Source of the DNA: an uncultured archaeon
GTDB lineage: Archaea > Asgardarchaeota > Thorarchaeia > Thorarchaeales > Thorarchaeaceae
Length of the DNA: 23,961 nt
Assembly (NCBI GenBank): GCA_964458565.1
Contig: CAYWJO010000051.1
Coordinates: 1-23,961 of the forward strand
Reading direction: 5' to 3'
Below are positions 9,830-17,373 of the stretch, piece after piece. Numbering within the stretch: position 1 is the stretch's first letter; each line of letters opens with the position of its first letter. Both the position numbers and the translations under genes were made by a program. The notes beneath the pieces are model-generated. The model was given only the letters and a program-made list of their open reading frames with translations. It was not told where the DNA came from and did not search any database.

Positions 9830-9867
9830 TTAGTATATAATGACCTGTGGGAAAATGTTCCATAGCT
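9830..9867 (-). promoter_or_regulatory. Promoter with TATA box and upstream palindromic operator (copy B)
   Basis: TTATATAC on the minus strand about 30-37 bp before ATG 9803; CTGTGG-N9-CCATAG at 9845-9865; near-identical to copy A. Confidence 0.8.
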
Positions 9868-9881
9868 TGTCTTCGTTACGT

Positions 9882-9918
9882 AAAGAAAAAGAGGGAGGGG
9901 CGGCATATTCCACCCCTC
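9882..9918 (-). terminator. Stem-loop and U-tract terminator after the 978-aa gene
   Basis: Minus strand reads GAGGGGTGG-AATATG-CCGCCCCTC followed by CCTCTTTTTCTTT. Confidence 0.7.
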
Positions 9919-9930
9919 TGCTACGTTGAA

Positions 9931-12867
9931 TCACTTTCGCTTTTTCATAACCACAATTATGATGATTATTACAACTACTGCTCCTGCACCAATAAGAATG
10001 AGCAGAAGTGTTGTTATATCCCCGGGAACAGGAATGGTTTCAGTAGTGGTTTCAGTAGTCGTTGTTGTTCCAGTGGTTGGAAGAGGAACAGTATAATTGA
10101 ACTCGCCAATTGGAGTATAATCACTCCAATGACCAAGAGTGTCATTAGCTCGTAGTCTATATTGCACACTCGCATCAACAACGATTGGAGCCACTCTACA
10201 AGAGTATGTATCACCAGACCCAAGCAACATCTCTAAAGACATCCACGTTCCATTATTCAAACTATACTCGCATAGGACCGTATCAACGCCCGAGATATCA
10301 GTCACATTCGCCTCGATGATTGCTACTTCACTATCATGGTTGATTCCAGAAATTGTGGGTCCGTGATTGTCCACAATGAATACAGCATCACTTGTATCCA
10401 AGCCAATTAACTCCCCATCCGACGCAGATACACGAATGAGGTAATCATCTCCATCGTCAAATAAAGAGGTATGCCATAGATACGATGCGGAAGACAGTCC
10501 CATTGCTAAAGCAGTCCAGCTTCCTCCACCATTGGGGCTGTAATGCACACTAAAGGTCATTGAGTCGCTGTTGCCATCTGTTGCATCCCATGTGATGAGT
10601 TGATCTCCAGTCAACTTTTCGCCACCATTGGGATTATCAACTTGAACAACAGGGGCTCGATTCTCGCCAAGCCAAGAGAGGACATTCAACCAGAATAAGA
10701 TGTTATCGGCCTCATAGAGGTTCCTTATCCCATCAGCGTCGCCATCAAGATTGTACCTCATGGACACATAATCACCACTAACCACGATGCGACCCATCAC
10801 AAATTCCTGTGCTACGACAATTGGGACATTATTGGCTACTCTACCATCAGTCCAGAAGCTTGTCCCATCACCATCGGTAGTAACGATGGGTGTGGATTCC
10901 CCAGTGTCATTTATTCCGATATTGTACTGAAACTCAAGACGCGATACATCGTTCATAATCGGATGGTCACCAAAGTTGGATTGATTATAGATACAATTGT
11001 AATCATATGTTGATGCATCATCGGTCTCGTTAATGTACGAACCTGAGGTGTCCATATCAATCCCAAACTCGTTAGCAACGGTTGCAGCTTGTTCTCCATA
11101 GACGCCATATGCACCTAGGAGTAGAAGTCCATTACCTGCATTTACATAATCATGAATCCACTGAGTTTCATTTTCAAAATAATCGACGCTGCCATCAACA
11201 ATAAACAGAATATCTTTGTCTTCAAGGTATTGAAGGTCGAAATTCGTCATTCTGTATATAGTAAACCCATTTTGTGTTAGCAGCCTAGCAAGACCCAAAA
11301 ACGAGCTATAAACTGTAAAGTTGGGACCATGCGACTCATCAAATACAATCGAAACTTCTTCAAGTCCAGCCGCTGTAAGCCACCTGAAACAGTTCATGAA
11401 GAACAGGTCATTATCTGCATCTTCATAATTATTATATCCATCACCATCAGAATTTCCTTGGTCATCCAAGGCATTTGTGTCGCCAAAGACAATGATTCGT
11501 CCTGCTCCAGCTGTAAGTGCCGCGCTTATAGGAGTCTGATTCGCAATCATTTCACCACTGAAGGTTGTTGAACCATCACTATCAGCAATGATAAGCGGTA
11601 CAGCATTATCAGGCAACTGAATAAAACCAGTACCCGCATAGATTTCTACAACATTGACTTGAAACGTCGCTGAATGAAATATGATGTTATCACCAGCAGA
11701 TGCAAATTGACTTGGAAGTCCAACTAAATCATCCGAATCTTCCAATGTGGAAGTTTTGTTCCGTTCGATGTCGAATTGTTCGATTACTGGATCAAGTTCA
11801 GAACCATATTGACCCCAATCACTAGCTACGAACAGACCTCCACCACTGGCAACGAAATCCTGAATGTATTCAGCCTCTGCAGATGAATAAAACAAAGTCG
11901 AAGATGTTAGAACAAGAACATCAGATGCTTGAAGATACTCAATATTGAACGTATTCATTGCTGAGCAAGCATATCCCAAGAACTGAAGGTCTTCAACAAG
12001 CGACGTGAAACCGGAGTCCAATGTGTAATAGGGTGAGTGCGATTGATCGAAGACAATATGATGATGTAGTCTGATCGCATTCGCAAGAATTATTGATTGA
12101 TTTGATTCGATTGTAAACATATCAAAACCAAGGAGTACTACATGACCCTTTCCGATTATCTTGTGAGCAACCATAGCATGGGCACCATCATCCACCACAA
12201 TATTTCCATCAGTCGTATCGAAGAGGAAAGAACCATCAGAGGAGGCCCATGATGCAGAAACTCCTTGAGTCAGAGGACTGCTTGTATTGACATTAAAGAC
12301 TATGGTAGTGGGAACTGCATCATATGGATCGACATGCATAAGACCAGTCTGGTTGTAAATTCTCGAAGTAGGTCCCTCACCAATAGATCCACTATAGCAA
12401 TCCAACATAATCACTATACCACCAGCATTAGTCCATTCATGCAGAATAGCACCCCAAGCATCAACGATGTTTGATACATCCTCTGAACCGAGCTTTTCTT
12501 GTTCTGGAATGAGAAGGACGTCATAATCCCAAAGTCTTGTTTCAAGCTCTGTATAATCCGTCAAGTTCTCATAGTTAAACGTAGTTTGTGCTGTAGCATA
12601 TGTATTCCTAATCGAGTACATTGTGTTATTGAACTCACCATGACCACCAGTTTGGAGATCAGCAAACTCTGTATAGACGAGTAACGATATTGGCGATCTG
12701 TGATGAGGTAGCTCTGAAATATCTGTTGCTGTGTAACTCCCTGAATTTTGAATTGATTCTGATGAAGCATCCATCAGGACGTTCCCATCTCCATTCATAC
12801 TGAGTGGGACCAAAAACACTGAGAGCAGCAATAGCAGTAAAGGTAAGAAAGACTTACGCGTTCGCAT
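9931..12867 (-). CDS. Large surface protein with tandem GIFT/DUF4350-like (class I GATase-like fold) domains, Ig-like domains and a C-terminal anchor
   Basis: Signal peptide. Repeated IVFDQSH/IVFDESH...GGGL/GNGL...GRIIV/GRIVV...DN.LF.N...WL units. NRAPVVQVDNPNGGE Ig-like module, Thr linker, TM helix and KKRK tail. Confidence 0.8.
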   Translation of the reverse strand: MRTRKSFLPLLLLLLSVFLVPLSMNGDGNVLMDASSESIQNSGSYTATDISELPHHRSPISLLVYTEFADLQTGGHGEFNNTMYSIRNTYATAQTTFNYENLTDYTELETRLWDYDVLLIPEQEKLGSEDVSNIVDAWGAILHEWTNAGGIVIMLDCYSGSIGEGPTSRIYNQTGLMHVDPYDAVPTTIVFNVNTSSPLTQGVSASWASSDGSFLFDTTDGNIVVDDGAHAMVAHKIIGKGHVVLLGFDMFTIESNQSIILANAIRLHHHIVFDQSHSPYYTLDSGFTSLVEDLQFLGYACSAMNTFNIEYLQASDVLVLTSSTLFYSSAEAEYIQDFVASGGGLFVASDWGQYGSELDPVIEQFDIERNKTSTLEDSDDLVGLPSQFASAGDNIIFHSATFQVNVVEIYAGTGFIQLPDNAVPLIIADSDGSTTFSGEMIANQTPISAALTAGAGRIIVFGDTNALDDQGNSDGDGYNNYEDADNDLFFMNCFRWLTAAGLEEVSIVFDESHGPNFTVYSSFLGLARLLTQNGFTIYRMTNFDLQYLEDKDILFIVDGSVDYFENETQWIHDYVNAGNGLLLLGAYGVYGEQAATVANEFGIDMDTSGSYINETDDASTYDYNCIYNQSNFGDHPIMNDVSRLEFQYNIGINDTGESTPIVTTDGDGTSFWTDGRVANNVPIVVAQEFVMGRIVVSGDYVSMRYNLDGDADGIRNLYEADNILFWLNVLSWLGENRAPVVQVDNPNGGEKLTGDQLITWDATDGNSDSMTFSVHYSPNGGGSWTALAMGLSSASYLWHTSLFDDGDDYLIRVSASDGELIGLDTSDAVFIVDNHGPTISGINHDSEVAIIEANVTDISGVDTVLCEYSLNNGTWMSLEMLLGSGDTYSCRVAPIVVDASVQYRLRANDTLGHWSDYTPIGEFNYTVPLPTTGTTTTTETTTETIPVPGDITTLLLILIGAGAVVVIIIIIVVMKKRK

Positions 12868-13059
12868 TTATCCTCGCTCCTAATCAAACTAAATCGAGTT
12901 GTTCGAAGGTAACGCGAAGGTGATTAAGTGTTTCGAGTGTATTTGATGACCCGAAGAGTGACACAAAAACAGGAGAAGGGTGAAATATTCTAGTCATGAA
13001 TGAAAACAACAGCTTTAGGGAGAACCATTGCTGATGCGATTTTCTCGCCGCAACATGAA

Positions 13060-13090
13060 GGAGAATGATAGAGGTCCGATTCAGGACCTC
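13060..13090 (-). terminator. Hairpin terminator after the C13 peptidase
   Basis: Perfect GAGGTCC-N6-GGACCTC stem at 13071-13090, 21 bp past the stop, followed by a pyrimidine-rich tract on the minus strand. Confidence 0.55.
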
Positions 13091-13111
13091 CATCTAAAAT
13101 AAAATGATACT

Positions 13112-14386
13112 TTACAGGAATATGCCAGCTCCATACCATGGTCCTGAACCAAAGGCAACCTGAAGCACGTTGTAGCCGACGCCATTTCCATTATCATTAT
13201 ACCACGGGGTTTCAGGACGACTATCCATAGCTGCAGCCCAGATGAATGCCTCCCTCATTGAAACTTGCTGATCATTATTGAAGTCAGCATCTACAACCAC
13301 ATCATCCCCATTCCATGGAATACTCACCAGAGCACACATGAAATGATAGACAAACTCGTCCCAATTGCCTTCAGTATCTGCAGAGTAGGATGATTCATCA
13401 TCTTTACATGCAGTGAGAATCACTCTGTTCTCCGCACTGATATGTGAAATGAACTTCCCTGAGACACACTGCTCCATGACAATTATCATGTGATCGCAGG
13501 TGATTGAATCCAACCAACCAGATACTTGAGAATGGGTCAAGGCTCCACCTGAATCCATTGCATTCCAAACGCTGATACCACTACTACCTCCATGATTTGT
13601 GGTGTAGAAGAACAAGGTGTCTCTAGCCCCCATTTCATCACTCAATATACCAAAGACTGTATCAAGAGATGCATGGGTTGCAGGATAATCCACTGGAGTA
13701 TATGTATCCTCTCCCACACCGTCCTTATAGATCACATAGATGTTTTGAGATTGATATCCATGCATCTGAAGTATAAAGTACATGTAGATGAGGTCATTCC
13801 AATAGCGAGAATACGCTTTATCAGGCCTGATCCCTCCGCTATAGAGGACAGCGTATTTTTCCGCTGTGGGATCAAATATATGGGGAATGCCTTGGAATTC
13901 GAGGTATGGATTGAACCTTTCATCCACGTATGGACCTTCATCAGGAATCTCATATGTGATATCAAAGAATGATTCACATCCCATCCCATATGTCCCATCT
14001 GAGGTGTCATGGATTTGAAGCGTGCCCTTAACAGCAATCTGTTTACCTACGCTTGCAGCCATTGACTCAGGTACATTCCCAGTTATCACTACATAATTAC
14101 TGAAATCTAACGAGTTGTTGAAGTAAAATAGGGGATTTGTGACAAGCAAGTTATTTCCAGCTGCAATGATGTAGTATCCCATCAGAGTAACCGTTTTACC
14201 AATGAGATTCTCACCGAGTCCACCAGCAATACTTGCAATTCCAAGAGGAACATCCTCAGCTGGGACGCTGTCTTGGAAAAACATGAAGTATGAGATTGTT
14301 GCTGCATTTGTTACTATCAAAATTAGAATCAATACTGTTGAAGCAGCTAGTCTGCTCTTTCCGGATTTCTTAGTCTTTTTCGACAT
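13112..14386 (-). CDS. Membrane-anchored C13-family (legumain/GPI8-like, clan CD) cysteine peptidase
   Basis: YAVLYSGG...RYWND...LQMHGY..NIYVIY.DG N-terminal motif; catalytic His in FFYTTNHGG and Cys in VMEQCVSG, 42 residues apart. Basic N-terminus with a signal-anchor helix; DADFNNDQQVSMREAF EF-hand-like loop. Confidence 0.85.
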   Translation of the reverse strand: MSKKTKKSGKSRLAASTVLILILIVTNAATISYFMFFQDSVPAEDVPLGIASIAGGLGENLIGKTVTLMGYYIIAAGNNLLVTNPLFYFNNSLDFSNYVVITGNVPESMAASVGKQIAVKGTLQIHDTSDGTYGMGCESFFDITYEIPDEGPYVDERFNPYLEFQGIPHIFDPTAEKYAVLYSGGIRPDKAYSRYWNDLIYMYFILQMHGYQSQNIYVIYKDGVGEDTYTPVDYPATHASLDTVFGILSDEMGARDTLFFYTTNHGGSSGISVWNAMDSGGALTHSQVSGWLDSITCDHMIIVMEQCVSGKFISHISAENRVILTACKDDESSYSADTEGNWDEFVYHFMCALVSIPWNGDDVVVDADFNNDQQVSMREAFIWAAAMDSRPETPWYNDNGNGVGYNVLQVAFGSGPWYGAGIFL

Positions 14387-14575
14387 AGCATCTCCTCTCT
14401 TGTTCTCCTGAACGTGAAATACTAAACTCGGATATTTGAAAGAATGAATATAAGCTTAGACCGTGCGAGATGATGATGAAATAACCAGAAGGCCCTTGTT
14501 AAATTCTGGTCATTAATTCACCAAGAAATGGACAGAGAATTTAATTATCGCTCTGTCCCCACTAAAAGAACCTAT

Positions 14576-14592
14576 AACTGTAATTTACAGTT
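14576..14592. promoter_or_regulatory. Perfect palindrome (candidate operator) next to the promoter of the beta-helix gene
   Basis: AACTGTAA-T-TTACAGTT directly after AAAAGAACCTAT (BRE/TATA-like), about 40 bp upstream of ATG 14630. Confidence 0.5.
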
Positions 14593-14629
14593 TCCAAAAA
14601 GAATCTCACACGGAGATGGAGGAAAAAAA

Positions 14630-16828
14630 ATGAAGCATGCCAAGTTATTACTATTAGCATTCTTATTCATGTTCTTTATCGGTTCAGCAACTGTCACTGA
14701 TTACAGTACGACAGCGTCTGATGAAATACTAGCAGATATTCCATTCAATGGAAAAATGATGCCATCCTATACAACTCATGGAGTGATCCAGATTCTAAAT
14801 GACACAGACTTCATGTGGCAAGCGGGAAACGAGTCTTGGGTTGGAGATGGCTCTGAAGAAACCCCATATGTCATCGAAGGATACAATATAACAACCGATG
14901 TCAGTGTATCGTTAGAGATCAGGGATGTAACAGCTTACTTTGAAATTCGAGATTGTCTTTTCCGATCCACAACTCATGAGAATGTAGGTGGCGTGGTGTT
15001 ATTCAATGTGACCCATGGCCATCTTGAAGGCTGCTTTATCATTAACAAGAATACAGGTCTGGAGATAGATCATTGTATTGGTCTGACTGTTACTAACTGC
15101 ACAATGGATAACAATGCAGCTGCTGTAACTGTCAATCATTCTAACCATACCTCATTTTTCGAGTGTTATTTTATTAACACTACAACAGGTTCTGGAATCT
15201 ATCAGGATGACGCCTATTGGACTACAGTGGATTCTAGCTGTATCACTGACAACAACGATTATGGTGTAGAGTCCTATTATTCCGATTACTTCACAGTCAT
15301 CGATAGTAACGTGAGTGGAAATGGGTATGCAGGATTTCTCATCGAAAATTCGCATAATGGTCTATATGAAGGCAACTCAGTCTTCGATAATGGAGAAGAG
15401 GGTTTTGTGATGTCTGTTACAAACTCTGTCACAATGATTCAGAATATGATATATGACAATGGTGAGGAAGGCATCTATTTTTCGGAGCCGCAATACGGAG
15501 TGTTTTCATACAATACAATCTACAACAATACTTATGATGGCATAGATTTCGACACTGGAAGTGATTGTGTTCTGGAGGCAAACAATGTCTTTGGTAATGG
15601 CTGGACCAAGTTTGACCTCGGTGCCACAGGTGATGGCATCCTTATAGAATACACAGACAACTGTTCGGTGATAGGCAATACAGTCTATAACAATTCAATG
15701 CATGGAATTGAATTGGGGGGCTCGACCAATGCCATCATTCATGACAATACAGTCTATGGCAATTTTGGCGTCGAGGGAGAATGTGGTATCTCTGTTGGTG
15801 ACTCGGATTTCTGTAACATTACTAGCAATGTGGTGTACAATAACACCGAAAATGGAATCTACATATATCAGTCAGATGATTGCATCGTATCCCACAATAT
15901 AGTATACGAAAATTCATTCAATGGCATCTACCTCTCAAGTTGCAACAGAACACTATTGTTCTACAATGATCTGGGGTGGAATCCAACAAACGCACTTGAT
16001 ATAGCAAGTCCAACCCGTGAAAACTACTGGGACAATGGGATTGTCGGAAATTGGTGGTCCGATTACAATGGAACGGGTACCTACAATATCACCGGATCAG
16101 CTGGATCAGTGGACATGTATCCTTCATTGAGTCTATATGCAGGAGATGTAGCAGACGAGGTTTGTGAATTGGGATCAACAGGGAACACGATGGTCTTGGA
16201 AGCACAGGCTCTCAATCCTTGGTACTACGAGGTCTATGATAACCTGACCCTGATTGCAACAGAAGACTGGAATGGAGAAGATATCATTGCAGATATTAAT
16301 GGCTTTGATGTTGGAGTATATAGTATCACAATTCGAGCCTATCATGTGTCAGGGCACAGTGTTTATGGAGTTGCCCAACTTACTGTTGAAGACACAACAC
16401 CTCCAGATTGGGTGACTCAACCTGAAGACCAGACGCTGTATTATGGCCAAGCTCTAAGCTATCAGGTGAGTGCTACGGATTTCTCCGGAATCGGTGACTG
16501 GACAGTGAATGATACTCGTTTTGTCATTGTTGATGGATTGATTACAAATGGTACCGTCCTCACATACGGAGACTACGGGTTGAGGATCGGTGTGTCAGAC
16601 ATCTATGATAATGAGCGCTCATTCGATATTCGGGTACGTGTACTACCTGAACCGACAGTTCCAACAACATCAATTACAATAACATCTGAAACAATGTCAA
16701 CAACATCAACTACAACTCCCGTTAGCTCGGGTGGTCCCGATGTGTTGATGATTGCACTCCTTGCAGGAGTGGGTGGTGTAGCAGTAATCATTGTAATCGT
16801 GTTTATAATGAAACGAAAGGGTGCATAG
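14630..16828 (+). CDS. Surface protein with right-handed beta-helix (NosD/pectin-lyase-like) repeats, Ig-like domains and a C-terminal anchor
   Basis: Start MKHAK follows GGAGG. Signal peptide, GDGSEETPYVIEGYNI motif, many N.I/VY.N...GI repeats, NYWDNG..GNWWSDY cap, DTTPPDW Ig-like module, Thr linker, TM helix and KRK tail. Confidence 0.88.
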   Translation: MKHAKLLLLAFLFMFFIGSATVTDYSTTASDEILADIPFNGKMMPSYTTHGVIQILNDTDFMWQAGNESWVGDGSEETPYVIEGYNITTDVSVSLEIRDVTAYFEIRDCLFRSTTHENVGGVVLFNVTHGHLEGCFIINKNTGLEIDHCIGLTVTNCTMDNNAAAVTVNHSNHTSFFECYFINTTTGSGIYQDDAYWTTVDSSCITDNNDYGVESYYSDYFTVIDSNVSGNGYAGFLIENSHNGLYEGNSVFDNGEEGFVMSVTNSVTMIQNMIYDNGEEGIYFSEPQYGVFSYNTIYNNTYDGIDFDTGSDCVLEANNVFGNGWTKFDLGATGDGILIEYTDNCSVIGNTVYNNSMHGIELGGSTNAIIHDNTVYGNFGVEGECGISVGDSDFCNITSNVVYNNTENGIYIYQSDDCIVSHNIVYENSFNGIYLSSCNRTLLFYNDLGWNPTNALDIASPTRENYWDNGIVGNWWSDYNGTGTYNITGSAGSVDMYPSLSLYAGDVADEVCELGSTGNTMVLEAQALNPWYYEVYDNLTLIATEDWNGEDIIADINGFDVGVYSITIRAYHVSGHSVYGVAQLTVEDTTPPDWVTQPEDQTLYYGQALSYQVSATDFSGIGDWTVNDTRFVIVDGLITNGTVLTYGDYGLRIGVSDIYDNERSFDIRVRVLPEPTVPTTSITITSETMSTTSTTTPVSSGGPDVLMIALLAGVGGVAVIIVIVFIMKRKGA

Positions 16829-16834
16829 ATGAAC

Positions 16835-16868
16835 AAGGAGCTATTACAGCTCCTTCCCTTCCTTTTTT
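16835..16868 (+). terminator. Stem-loop and U-tract terminator
   Basis: Perfect 8-bp stem AAGGAGCT-ATTAC-AGCTCCTT followed by CCCTTCCTTTTTT, 6 bp after the stop codon. Confidence 0.75.
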
Positions 16869-16903
16869 GTTATCAAGTGAAATATCATTATTGTAACATA
16901 GGC

Positions 16904-17329
16904 TTAGTCTGTAAATAAGAAGGTTCTATGAGTCCCACATACTGCACATTCACCAGCAATTACCCCCTCATCAAAGAAGCCCTCAAATCCAGAACTGCCC
17001 TCATATCTCTCACAGAGGCAGACAATGTAGGTATCAGAACCACAAGAACAGGTTGGACGCTCTCTCTCTTCCTCAGGTTGGTTATTCCTCTTAATGCTGA
17101 AGAGTATGATGGACAGTCCACACTGACTGCAGGTTCCAAAAACTGTTCCAGCGAAGTCAAGAGATGGTCGATTCTTGTCGCATGCAACACTATAGCTTAT
17201 TGTGACTGAGAAAGGGATAACCATTCTGCATGTATCACATCTGAAGATTATACAGTTGTGTACATCCTCGGGATACGCTGCAGCATTGATCTGTTCTTTT
17301 GCATACTCCTCTAGCTCATTGTCAGCCAT
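16904..17329 (-). CDS. Cys-rich double zinc-ribbon protein
   Basis: CDTC, CSQCG, CSCG and CAVCG motifs in two similar halves; GAGGT RBS upstream. Confidence 0.75.
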   Translation of the reverse strand: MADNELEEYAKEQINAAAYPEDVHNCIIFRCDTCRMVIPFSVTISYSVACDKNRPSLDFAGTVFGTCSQCGLSIILFSIKRNNQPEEERERPTCSCGSDTYIVCLCERYEGSSGFEGFFDEGVIAGECAVCGTHRTFLFTD

Positions 17330-17373
17330 CCATGATTACCTCTTTTTTTCACCTGCATCATCAACATTTCAGT

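Noticed and set aside
8349-9867. The 38-bp direct repeats as ends or att sites of a mobile element
   Set aside because: No recombinase or transposase is present. Identity concentrates on the TATA box and palindrome arms, and spacing to the start codons is conserved, which fits promoters better.
10035-10059. 12-bp tandem repeat TGGTTTCAGTAG x2
   Set aside because: Explained by the encoded TTET low-complexity linker; it is not a CRISPR or mobile repeat.
12884-13093. 69-aa ORF between the C13 peptidase and the 978-aa gene
   Set aside because: It starts inside a terminator-like hairpin and has no motif; the region is more likely promoter/UTR.
13112-14386. Calling the C13 peptidase a true Gpi8/PIG-K ortholog
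   Set aside because: The active-site motifs are closer to the legumain type, no other GPI-pathway genes are in the window, and orthology needs a phylogeny.
14528-14629. N-terminal extensions in the ORF track (also 4855-4926, 1722-1742 and 20381-20437)
   Set aside because: Downstream starts have better RBSs and place the signal peptide or domain at the N-terminus; the longer extensions run through promoter regions or neighbouring genes.
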